The translations under genes and the position numbers were made by a program. A DNA stretch of 61,798 bases, counting the filler, from Nemertoderma westbladi (Eukaryota > Animalia > Xenacoelomorpha): the NCBI GenBank assembly GCA_032718475.1. It is 3 parts of 3 records of this genome, joined end to end, with 100 filler letters (N's around TTAATTAATTAA, not from the genome) between each part and the next. Parts side by side here need not be neighbours in the genome. Positions count along the whole stretch, not along the records: positions 1 to 22,026 come from JAUCBJ010001291.1; positions 22,127 to 46,355 come from JAUCBJ010008986.1; 1 more part is not named here. The stretch is one strand, 5' to 3'. The notes beneath the pieces were generated by a model, which worked only from the letters and a program-made list of their open reading frames with translations, was not told the origin of the DNA and searched no databases. This document shows positions 21,822-34,110 of this stretch, piece by piece. The stretch's first letter is position 1; every line of letters begins with the position of its first letter.

Positions 21822-21897
21822 CTGCCCTGGTTCATGCAGGGGTCGAACCCATGACATACGAGAGATGTGAATTCTACGCAACCACTACACCAAGGTG
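21822..21897 (-). pseudogene. tRNA-derived sequence (SINE head or tRNA pseudogene)
   Basis: Minus strand has an A-box-like TGGTGTAGTGG and B-box GGTTCGACCCC at tRNA spacing; acceptor and anticodon stems are poor. Confidence 0.45.
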
Positions 21898-22026
21898 GAA
21901 CAGTAACCTTCGAATTTGTTCGTTGACGTTCGAATTTGTAAGACTCTCATTTAAGACTTGACACAGACTATGCCTCACCGAGGCATAGACTATGACTCAC
22001 TGAGGCATAGACTATGCCTCATTGAG

Positions 22027-22126
22027 NNNNNNNNNNNNNNNNNNNNNNNNNNNNNNNNNNNNNNNNNNNNTTAATTAATTAANNNNNNNNNNNNNNNNNN
22101 NNNNNNNNNNNNNNNNNNNNNNNNNN
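22027..22126. other. Assembly gap linker (N run, TTAATTAATTAA, N run)
   Basis: N runs with a six-frame-stop spacer; identical construct at 46356-46455. Confidence 0.97.
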
Positions 22127-25100
22127 ACATGACGGACAATTTTCTGGTTTTTTTGTCTTTTTTTCACTAGGACTCTTAAAAAACCTCTATTTGACGCATC
22201 CAGAGACACCGAGAATCGAAAGAGGGGGTCTAAATTAGACGTTTCCACATCTTGGAATACCCCGCCTCCGGGCTTGTTTTCCGTCTATTGTCCGTCAAAG
22301 TTGAAAAAACGGACAAAATGACTTTGCGGAATCCGCTATAACTCGGCTAATATTAATCGTACGGGGACGAAAGTAACGCGGTTGGAAAGGGGAAGAGTGG
22401 TACTACCTTCGTATCGAATGGGGGTAAGATATTTATTAAAATTTCGGGTGGAAAAAAGGGGCCGTAAATTTCTACGTTTTTGTCCGTCTTTTTTCGAAAT
22501 TTTATTTCCGAAATGTTTAATTTGACAACGCGGGTAGGATTCCACTAATTCTTTTTTGAAACTCGTAGAAGACCATTGGGGCTACGTTCCTATCGAGTGG
22601 GGGTACAAAAAATATGTCAACAATAGGGGCCAAAGAGGGCAAGAATATGTAAAATAGTTTTTATCGAATAATTTTTTATTTTTCACTTTAGTTGGTTAAG
22701 GTACATTTTATACAGTCAATATCGATACGGGGAATTCAAATATGCTATCGGTTTTGCTCCGCGGACGCTATTAAAAAAATGAGGGCCAAAAATAAAATTT
22801 CGCCCTTCAAACTTGCTTCGCGGGAAATCGTCTAGCTCGAAAACTACTTAACTTACGGGAGATTTGTTTACACAGACTTATAGTGCGTTAAATTATCTAT
22901 CTAACAGCGTTAGTTACAGCGCATTAGCTTTTATACAACTGCTGCGGCAGACGATCGTGTGAAATAAAATATTTAAAAAAAGGGACGAAAAATTTTTTTT
23001 TTTTAATAAATCGCTACTCTATGATAATTTAGCTCTTTGCGCCAAAAGTACATTTAAAATTTAGCAAATTACCTCCGCTATCTTTTTTCTTAACATTTAT
23101 AATTAAAATTACGAATTTTAAGGGTCGAAAAATATTACGTAATTTTGGCCCTTTTTTTTCATTTTTTTTGGGGCCAAAAATGACCCCCTCTCAAAAGATA
23201 GAAAAAAAAATTACGGCAAAGAATATACCAATTTTATTGAATTTGGACCACCAGAACCGAAGTTAGAGCGATTTTAGTGAAAATATAAAAAAAAATTTTT
23301 TTACAAAAAATTAAGAATGGTCAATATTGGATTTCGTACCCGCGAACTTAGGTTTCATTAACGTGATTGATAACCACTAGACTATGTGACCAAGTGAATT
23401 TGAAATTTTCGAGTGACTATTTTTAAACATCAATAACTTCGGTTCTACTGGGCCGTTTGATCTGAAACTTTTTTCATTGGATAGAGGATAGATTGTAGTG
23501 TGTGAAATAGGATACAACTTGGGAAAAGACGCATGTGCACTTAGTGCAAAATGCACTTAAATAGTGCACATTTTTTCGATAATTCAAACAGTATTATTTC
23601 AAGTTCTATACATCCTAGAATGTTAGTTTTTGGGTTAAAATGTAGTTTGGAGTGATTTCTAACTATAATCTTAACATTTGTTTATCTTTTTATGTCTATA
23701 AAGTGACTTAAAATGTCCATGAATATGGTCCAAAATCGCAAATGTCGCGATTTATTAAATTGGATTTTTTACACTTTTAGCGACTGACACTTGATCATGC
23801 ACCATCGTAGATCGGTAGAGGATAGACATAAGTGTGTTAAATAGGAACCACCTTTAGGATCCGCTAAAGTGCACTTGTGCAAATATGTGTGCAAATGTGC
23901 AAGTTTTTTATAAAAAGGTCAAATTGTGTATTATTGGGTTCTTTTCGTTGCAGATCGTTTATTTTCATATTAATATGTTGTTTGGACCTTACTGAGCGCA
24001 TTAGGGACATGTGTACAAATAACCGGTCCTTATAAGGGTTCGATTGGGTAAATTAATAAAACATAAGGTTGTAATATTCTAAAAAAACAGTGTGATCTTA
24101 AATGAATTTTAAACAATAAATAGAGATCAGATAACAAATGGACCACACAATTTATTAAAAAAACTCGCACCTTTACGGACTTATCGCTTCAATTTTATTC
24201 AACAGTGGATATTTGGGGGAAGTTAGATGAACTGCATTTATGCAGTGATTCTAACTTCCCCCTTCTTAATATAATATACCAAAGGCACATTCTTTGGAGG
24301 ACCTGTTGTTTACTATGTAGACTTTGTTCAACCTAAACAACTTAAGTCAGATTAACAATATTATCCTGTAAAATTTCTAAGCAATGAGTGGTATGAATAA
24401 TGCTGATCTTCGAACTATGGTTCTGTAATTAAATTTTATTACTTCAACATTTATACGGATTTACCAGTGAAAGAAACCTAGAATCCATTATCACAATGTA
24501 ACAGTATCAATAACCATATCTATTCTATGAAGATCATAAGAGAGACATCCTTGATTCATATATTATAATTTCCGAGCTGAAATGTTTCGGTGACTATAAC
24601 TTACAGGCTTCGTATTATGTACAAACGACTGAGTAGTATATATTAATATTAATGGGTTACCGGTATATAGAACGAGTGTAGACTGGGAGCGAAAATATAT
24701 TACATAAAATTTCGAGTAATATAAAATTAACGAGTCCAGTTCGTCTCCCCTCGTGTCATTCGACGCATACCCCCCCCCCCCCCCCCCCCTCCACGCTTTT
24801 CCCTTTACCTCGTGGTTGTTCTTTAAGTATAACTTCATTTTGGGTCCACCTTGGTGGGAAGAAATATCTTTTAAAAACATTCAGTAAGGGCGGCGTCGAG
24901 TGAGGTGAATTCGCCGCCCCTCTAAAGGACGCAGTCTACATACTGGACGCGTAGTTACTGCGAAAACGGTGTTCCCCCCCCATTCGACCTATTTCCAGCC
25001 GTACGATTTTCTCGATTTTTCGAGGGGGGACGCGTAATGCCAAAAAAATAAGATTCTTCAGAGCTTTTAGCGAATCTATCGTTTTGACGGACATGACGGA

Positions 25101-28100
25101 CAATTGTCTGGTTTTTTTGTCTTTTTTTCACTAGGACTCTTAAAAAACCTCTATTTGACGCATCCAGAGACACCGGGAATCGAAAGAAGGGGTCTAAATT
25201 AGACGTTTCCGCTTCTTGGAATACCCCGCCTCCGGGCTTGTTTTCCGGCTATTGTCCGTCAAAGTTGAAAAAACGGACAAAATGACTTTACGGAATCCGT
25301 AATAACTCGGCTACTATTTAACGTACGGGAACGAAAGTAACGCGGTTGCAAAGAGGAAGAGTGGGTCTACCTTCGTATCGAATGGGGGTAAGAGATTTAA
25401 TAAAATTTCGGGTGGAAAAAGGGGCCGTATATTTGTACGTTTTTGTCCGTCTTTTTTCGAAATTTTATTTCCGAAATGTTTAATTTGACAACGCGGGTAG
25501 GAATCCACTAATTCTTTTTTGAAACTCGTAGAAGCCCATTGGGGCTACGTTCCTATCGAGTGGGGGTACAAAAAATATGTCGACAATAGGGGCCAAAAAG
25601 GGCCAGAATATGAAAAATAGTTTTTATCGAATAATTTTTTATTTTTCACTTTAGTTGGTTAAGGTAAATTTTATATCGGTCAATATCGATACGGGAAATT
25701 CAAATATGCTATCGGTTTTGCTCCGCGGATGCTATTAAAAAAATGAGGGCCGAAAATAAAATTTCGCCCTTCAAACTCACTTCGCGGGAAATCGTCTAGC
25801 TCAAAAACTACTCAACTTACGGGCGATTTGTTTACACAGACTTATAGTGCGTTAAATTATCTATCTAACAGCGTTAATTACAGCGCCGAAGCTATTATAC
25901 AACTGGAGCGGCAGGCGATCGTGTGAAATATAATATTTATAAAAAAGGGACAAAAAACGTTTTTTCTTAATAATTCGCTGTTCTATTATAATTTAGCTAT
26001 TTGCGCCAAAACTACCTGTAAAATGTATAAAATTAACTCCGCTATCTTTTTTCTTAACATTTATAATTAAAATTACGAATTTTAAGGGTCGAAAAATATA
26101 ACGTAATTTTGGCCCTTATTTTCATTTTTTTTGGGGCCAAAAATGACCCCCTCTCAAAAGATAGAAAAAAAAATTACGGCAAAGAATATACCAATTTTAT
26201 TGAATTTGGACCATCAGAACCGAAGTTAGAGCGATTTTAGTGAAAAAATAAAAAAAAATTTTTTTACAAAAAAATAAGAATGGTCAATATTGGATTTCGT
26301 ACCCACGAAATTAGGTTTCATTAACATGATTGATAACCACTAGACTACGTGACCAATAAAATTTGAAATTTTCGAGTGACTATTTTTAAACATCAATAAC
26401 TTCGGTTCTATTGGGCCGTTTGATCTGAATCTTTTTTCATTGGATAGAGGATAGATTGTAGTGTGTGAAATAGGATACAACTTGGGAAAAGACGCATGTG
26501 CACTTAGTGCAAAATGCACTTAAATAGTGGACATTTTTTCGATATTTCAAACACTATTATTTCCAGTTCTATTCATCGTAGAATGGGTTAAAATGTAGGT
26601 TGGAGTGATTTCTAACTATAATCTTAACATTTGTTTATCTTTTTATATCTATGACTTAAAATGTCCATGAATATGGTCCAAAATCGCAAATGTCGCGATT
26701 TATTAAATTGGATTTTTGACACTTTTAGCGACTGACACTTAATCATGCACCATCGTAGATCGGTAGAGGATAGACATAAGTGTGTTAAATAGGAACCACC
26801 TTTAGGATCCGCTAAAGTGCACTTGTGCAAATATGTGTGCAAATGTGCAATTTTTTTTAATAAGGTCAAATGGTGTATTATTGGGTTATTTTCGTTGCAG
26901 ATAGTTTATTTTCATATTAATATGATGTTTGGACCTTACTGAGCGCCTTAGGAGTATGTGTACAAATGACTGGTCCTTATAAGGGTTCGATTTGTTAAAT
27001 TAATAAATAATAAGGTTGAAATATTCTAAAAAACCAGTGTGCTCTTAAATGAACTTTAAACAATAAATAGAGATCAGATAACAAATGGGCCACACAATTT
27101 ATTAAAAAACTCGCACCTCTTCGGACTTAATATATGGCTTCAATTTTATTCAACAGTGGATATTTGGGGGAAGTTAGATAAACTGCATTTATGCAGTGAA
27201 TCTAACTTTCCCCTTCATGATATAATATACCAAAGGCACACTCTTTGGAGGACCTGTTGTTTACTATGTAGACTTTGTTCAACCTAAACAACTTAAGTCA
27301 GATTAACAATATTATCCTGTAAAATTTCTAAGCAATGAATAATGCTGATCTTCGAACTATGGTTCTGTAATTAAATTTTATTACTTCAACATTTATACGG
27401 ATTTACCAGTAAAAGAAACCTAGAATCCATTATCACAATGTAACAGTATCAATAACCATATCTATTCTATGTAGATCATAAGAGAGACATCCTTGATTCA
27501 TATATTATAATTTCCGAGCTGAAATGTTTCGGTGACTATAACTTACACAAAGTGGGGACTTCGCGCAGCACGAAGTTGGCAGAGCCTTAGCGAATTGACA
27601 CTGTTAGGGGGTAGGTCAATTTATGCAAATAGTCACGTTGGCCCTCTAGCGGCAGACTGGAGAACTGCAGATGGATTTGCCTCCTTTGAAAGTCACAGCT
27701 AATGGTCTAATACATATCTGCCAAGTTTCAGCTTAAACGGATTAAAAGCAAAGAAATGGGAGGGCATTTAATGTTTAGACATGTGGCCCTCTAGCGGGAG
27801 ACCATTGCACTGATGGTGTCTAAAAGTCTCTCAAAAATCTCAACTTTTGCTCATATTGATACCTACAAATTTTCAACTTGGCAGCTTTAAATCCGACAAA
27901 GTTATTAGCATGTCAAAATCGTAACGACGACGACGACGACAACGACGACGACGACAACGACGACGACGACAACTATTTGCATAAATTGACCCACCCCCTA
28001 ACAGTGTCAATTCGCTAAGGCTCCGCCAACTTCGTGGCTCGCCCCACAGGCTTCGTATTATGTACAAACGACTGAGTAGTATATATTAATATTAAGGGGT

Positions 28101-28116
28101 TACCGGTATATAGAAC
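22127..28116. repeat. Tandem duplication with ~2.96-kb period (non-coding, transposon-like)
   Basis: 22127-24673 aligns with 25091-27546 plus 28048-28116, with scattered substitutions and small indels. Confidence 0.85.
27547..28047. mobile_element. ~500-bp non-autonomous element with ~75-bp subterminal inverted repeats and an (ACG)n microsatellite (Helentron/HINE-like by inference)
   Basis: Absent from the paralogous site at ~24604 (TTAC^AGGC); inverted CACGAAGTTGGC.GAGCCTTAGCGAATTGACACTGTTAGGGGG arms; ACG repeat 27923-27972. Confidence 0.8.
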
Positions 28117-28392
28117 ACGAAGTGGGGACTTTGCGCAGCACGAAGTTGGCAGAGCCTTAGCGAATTGACACTGTTAGGAGGTAGGTCAATTTATGCAAAT
28201 AGTCACGTTGGCCCTCTAGCGGCAGACTGGAGAACTGCAGATGGATTCGCCTCCTTTGAAAGTCACAGCTAATGGTCTAATACATATCTGCCAAGTTTCA
28301 GCTTAAACGGATTAAAAGCAAAGAAATGGGAGGGCATTTAATGTATAGACATGTGGCCCTCTAGCGGGAGACCATTGCACTGATGGTGTCTG
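28117..28392. mobile_element. Second, truncated copy of the same element
   Basis: Near-identical to 27547-27822; inserted after GAAC and broken by BEL gag sequence. Confidence 0.8.
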
Positions 28393-28398
28393 AAAGAG

Positions 28399-31300
28399 AT
28401 GAAATGGTTACCTTTTAATGAATATTATAAAGATAACATACAGAACTCTGTGCTATCTAACGGAGAGAAACTCAGATACCTCATCGAATGCTTGGAAGGA
28501 CCTCCCAAGTTAATGGCGTTAAAATTTATTGGACATCCAGATGGATTAAGACATGTTTGGGATACTCTAAACTTCAGGTATGGTAATAGGAATAACATAT
28601 CTGGGTATTTGTATGCAAAGTTGGTAGCCCCCCAAAAGTTTATTAGCAGCGGGATTATAGAGTTTTCCAATAAGATTCAGGAGATCTGCAGACAATTAGA
28701 TTGGCTAGGTAAGTCTCATGAGTATCAGAGTGCTATGGTTATTAGGGCAGTGGCTTCTACTTTACCGAACGGTAGAGTAGGTACGCGCTGGGACAAGAAA
28801 GTGTTATATATGATGGAACAACAACAACGAGACCCTACTATGGCTGATCTGAGGTGAAATTACAGCTCATAAAGCAGTCCAGAGAGAAGACATCGGAAAG
28901 TAAGGTAAGTGAGAAACCCGTTTCTAGAAGAAAGGTAACACCTGTGTGTTATACAGACGATGGCGAAAGCCAACTCTCTCAGGAAGAAGACAGCGGGAAA
29001 GACACTGAAAGATCATACTACGTCAACAAATCAACAAAAGACGTAAGTAAATTCAAGCCTCGAACCAATGATAGGAGGAAACAAGTAAGAAAAACTCCTC
29101 CTACGTCTCCTAAGAGAATTCATATAAGAAAGCCTGAGGAAAGAACAAAGGTGAACAACGCAGCGCCGATTAAGGTAAGTAACATCAAATCTAAATGTGT
29201 GCTGTGTGACGGACCGCACCGTCTAAATGCGTGTGATGAATTCTTAAAAAAATCATTGAAGGATAGATGTGAAGTCATGTGGGATAAGCGGTTGTGTTAT
29301 AATTGCCTCAGACAAGGACATCAACGGCGAACCTGTTACTCCGACGCAAGGTGCAATAAGTGTGGAGCAAAACATCATAGCTTGTTGCACGCTGAATTCC
29401 ATCGAAACAGCCCGAGTCAGGTAAGTGAGTCTGAACTACATGTCCAATTCAGTAATGTGAACGACACTGACCAAAGTTCTGAGATGGAAGGATTCTATAC
29501 TGACGAATTCTCAGATGAAAATGAATCCTGTTACCTAATAAACACCGCAGTGTATCGAGCACTTACGTATGAGAAAGAAACCACCGACAACGAACTCCCA
29601 CTAACTACTTCTGAACGACAACCATCTTGGAAAACACCAACTTCCAACGTAGGAATCCGAGAATTTCCTGTAGTTCAATTGAGGGTTCACGGACCTAATA
29701 ATAGTTATATAGTGAACGCCCTCCTTGATTCCGGCAGCACAGGAACATTCATCGACAAAGATCTAGCCGAAGATATATTTGCTGGACAACCCAAATTCCG
29801 AACTAAGTTAAACATGTCAGGAATCATGCAGGTTTGGAAATCCACCGTAGCTGCCGATTATTATGTAGGTGCGTTGTCCACTCCACAGGATAAACTAGGA
29901 GAACACAGTATAAGGTCAGTAAAGATGGTGGCAATAAAGAACTTCGCTACCAGCCAAGTAGAACCTTATAATTGGGACGAAGATGATCACGCCCAACAAC
30001 TTAACATCCCTAGATTCGACACTGATTATCCTGGAGTACAAATACTAATCGGTCAAAACGCGCATGAGGCGCTAGAGACATTGGAGAAACGACCTGCTCA
30101 ACCGCAACCGCTTCAAACCTATACAGTAAGAACTAGAGTAGGTTGGTACCTTACTGGACCTTCCCGTAGAATGCTCAGAGAAAGACTGCCACAAGATCGC
30201 GTCTGCCAAGTGAGTGAATGGGAAGATGATACTAGTGAGGGAGACGACCCAACTGAGGGAATACCATACTCCTGACGACATACAACAACTCTTCGATGAA
30301 GATAATACCATCGACCTCCTCACGGAAAGTGAAACCTGGCAAACCCAAATTAACTTATGTCACCATATTAGTCCGTCGAAACAAGTCAACTGTAACGACG
30401 AGTTGAATGACGTGATAGATCGCTATAATGCGAGGACTCGGGATGAACTTGCTGTACGATTCTTTACTCAGGAGGCTGTAGAGCCCAATTCTTACGATAA
30501 GGCCCTATCGGTAGAAGAAGAAAGAGCCAAGCAAATCCAGGAAACAACTACCCGTTTTCTTAAAGATCAAGGTAGATATGAAATCGGTCTACCCTTTAGA
30601 AAACGAGAACCTAGATTTATTAACAACAGACCCTTGGCTGAGAAAAGAATCGCCCAATTACATCGACGTCTTACGGCCAATGCTTCAGCTAATGTATAAA
30701 TGTATAAGACGCAGCTGAAGAAGTTTATTGACAAAGGGTATGCGGAGTTAGTACCGGAAGGAACCCCATAACGGAGAGGGCATACTATTTAACATACCAT
30801 TACGTCCCCAAACCCGGTAAGCCGAATGAAGTACGAGTGGTATTTGATGGCTCCGCTCTCTATATGGGCCAATCATTGAATTCCGAGTTATTGCCAGGAC
30901 CCAACTTATTGCAATCTTTGTTGGGAATACTTCTAAGATTACGTCAATATTCAATTGCCTTTGCCTCGGATATAGAAGGTATGTTCTTACAGGTTAAAGC
31001 GCTTGATAGAGATCGAGACAGTCTACGATTTCTGTGGTGGCCTGAAGGAAAACTCAATCAGAAACCGGTGGAGTACTGGATGACTATCCAGGCTTTTGGA
31101 ATCATCTCGAGCCCTTCAAACGTCTGCTCAGTAGTGTGTACTACTGCTGACGATAACCGGGACGCCTTCTCCAAAGAGATGATTGATAATATAAAAAGGG
31201 ATATATACATGGACGATAATCTCAAGTCCCTTCCATCAGTAGAAGAAGCCATTGATGTCGCCAAAGGAACGGTAGAGTGCTTGAAAAGAGGGGGATTTAG

Positions 31301-34092
31301 ATTGACTAAATTCACCAGCAACTCCCGTGAGTTTCTGAATCGATACCAGTAGAAGACCGAGGCGCGAAAGACATCGACTTAATAAAAGACGATCTTCCAG
31401 AAACCAAGACGCTTGGCTTGAAGTGGCACACAGAGAGGGATATCCTGTTTTTCCAGCTAAAACCGCGAGATAATCCCATGCTGACTAAACGGATTTGTTT
31501 AAGTATCCTGAGCACTTATTTCGATCCATTGGGATTTATTAGCCCAGTTATATTGCTTGCTCGGAGTTTAGTACAGCAAATGTGGCTTGAAAACCACTTA
31601 TGGGACGATCCACTCAAGGGAGAACTCTTAAAGAAGTGGATGAAATGGGAAGATTCCCTACCATCAATCAAGAACTTTATAATTTCCCGTTCATATTTTG
31701 GTATGTTCTCCCTACGTATTCCTATCAACTCCATGTGTTTGGAGACGCCAGCGATATGGGAATAGGTATAGTAGCCTACTTAAGATTTGAAACTCCGGAT
31801 GGAATCAAAGTCGCCTTGGTCACCTCTAAGGCCTTGATTAACAACAAGTTGAAGGTTCCTCGAGCGGAGTTAAAAGCGGCTCTATATGCTACAGCAATCG
31901 GCCGGAATGTAACAGAACAGATCGATTATCCATTAGAGAAAACTGTCTATTGGACCGACGCTTTACTCGTTTTGGATTATCTAACCAATGAAGTCTGTCA
32001 ATTCAGCGTCTTCGTTACCAACAGAGTAGCCATTATACTTAGTCGTACGAAGATAGATCAATGGAGACATTGCGCAGGAACGATTAATCCAGCTGACATC
32101 GCCTCCAGAGGAGCAACTCCACAAGAACTGATAGATACTCCAAACTGGTTAGGTGGACCCGACTTCCTCTACAAAGAAGAAGAAGAATGGCCTCCACATC
32201 TTACTACGGCTGAGATCAGACAAGCCAAGGGAGCGGAGAAAGTCAAACCTAAAACCCGTGCGAGTAAATCGAAGTTATTTAAACAGGTGAAAGATCTGTC
32301 TGTACTACATACTTCCGGAGACAAAGTTTTGGATCCGAAAACCATAGCCACCAATAAGTTTGTTGTGGAAATCCGGGAGAGGGATTGGAATTCTGGAATA
32401 CCAGACGTCTCGCAAGGACTCTCACCCCTCTTGCAAAGAGCTATACATCACTATAGTTCCTGGAATCGGCTCTGTAAGGCCGTTACATATTTAAAGCGAG
32501 TTTTTCACCATCATTATTCCAGGACGAAGACGACCAATAGTGATGATGCTCCACCAACATCTGCGTCAGTCCATGTTACTAAAGATCTTCCCAAGTACAA
32601 GATATCTGACAGGTTTCTAAAGGAGAAGATCAGTTACCAGGAGCATTAAGAAACCAATAAGCAGATACTGAGACTCCTACAATGTTATGAGGATTCCGAT
32701 AAGTATTTCCTGTTGCTGAGAAACCCACAGATGCGCTTAAGGGATCGTTTCTCTAGTACTATGATAGATGTGTTAATACGTGTTGGAGGAAGGCTCACTA
32801 ACGCGCCATTATCCTTTGACACTAAGTTTCCCATACTCATTAGAAATCTTGACATACAAATCAAGATGATTGTAGATGTTCACAGTAAACTGTACCATGC
32901 TGGTAGAGAACGAGTTCTTAGCGAAATCCGAACTCGCTATTATTTCTATAAACCCCGTAGAGCTCTGAACCAAGTTCTTAGGAACTGTATACCCTGTAGG
33001 AAAGCATTCAGTAGGCCTTTAACCCAGCGAGAGGCAGAATTACCTAGGGAACGAGTAAGCTTCTATGAACCACCCTTTACTAATACCAGTGTGGATTTAT
33101 TTGGCCCTATTGAAGTATATCGTGCCAGGACTTTAGTCAAGAGATGGTGTGTCATCTTCGTTTGTATGACTTGTAGAGCTATCCATCTCGATATGGTGAA
33201 TGATCTATCTACCAACAGCTTCGTGTTAAGTTTACGACGACAGATTGCTCGCTTCGGAACTAGTAACACGATGAGATCGGATAAGGGAACGAACTTCATT
33301 GGCGCCAACAACAAAATTCAAGCTTATGTAAAGGATTGGAACCAAAGACAGGTGGACGATCAGCTAAGAGTAACAGCGTCTAGCTGGACCTTCAACGCCG
33401 CCGACGCCCCTTGGTGGGGAGGAAATTGGGAGAGATTGATTAGAAGTGTGAAGACCGCATTTCACTTTATAGTGCCATGCCGCGCTTATCTCACCGACGA
33501 ACTCTTGCGGACGTTAATGGAGGAAATCGCCGCCTATCTCAACGAAAGACCGCTTATGCCAGTCTCATTGAGTCCCGATTCCCTGGAAGCGCTAACACCC
33601 GCGCACTTCCTACTGAAGAAACCCGTAGCCATGCTCCCACGATCGGAGATTACAGATGGAGACGAATACTGCCGTCAAACTTGGCAACTTATGCAGTTGC
33701 TATCCCGTCGTTTCGCTGACCATTTCGAGAAACATTATCTGCCCACGCTACAACTTCGAACTAAGTGGTTTGCGCAGCAAGAAAACGTCAGCGCCGGAGA
33801 CATGGTGCTTATTGTGGACCCCGATCTTCCACGTAAGCGGTGGCAAACAGGTCGTATCATCGAGACTCAAATCTCGAGTGATGGTTTGGTGCGCTCGGTA
33901 GAACTCGTCGTCATGCGGCGTAACTTCAAGAAACCGGGAATTGTCTTTGAGACTCAGCAGCTCAATCGCCCAGTTGGTCGTTTATGTTTACTGGAAAGAG
34001 ACAGAGAACTCTCCGGAAACTATGGAAGACAAGATACTCTTCCCACGACCACCTCCCTAATCCAACCAACCTCTAGGGGCTCCCCAACGTGA
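28399..34092 (+). pseudogene. BEL/Pao gag-pol polyprotein broken by frameshifts and stops
   Basis: gag EKLRYLIECLEG; knuckles CVLCDGPHRLNAC, CYNCLRQGHQRRTC, CNKCGAKHHSLLH; PR LLDSGS; RT FDGSA..SLNSELLPGPNL..DIEGMFLQV..YMDD; RH VFGDAS..PRAELKAA..WTDA..NPADIASRG; IN HAGRE..CIPC, DLFGP, SDKGTNF, WWGGNWERLIRSVK. Confidence 0.93.
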
Positions 34093-34110
34093 TATCGTTT
34101 GGAGTGGGTG

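Noticed and set aside
22071-22082. TTAATTAATTAA palindrome (also at 46400-46411)
   Set aside because: Artificial scaffold linker between N runs.
28397-34092. This gag-pol element as the direct parent or helper of the 888-8916 element
   Set aside because: Gag, protease and LTR sequences are not alignable by eye beyond family motifs and one 12-mer, and this copy is inactivated.
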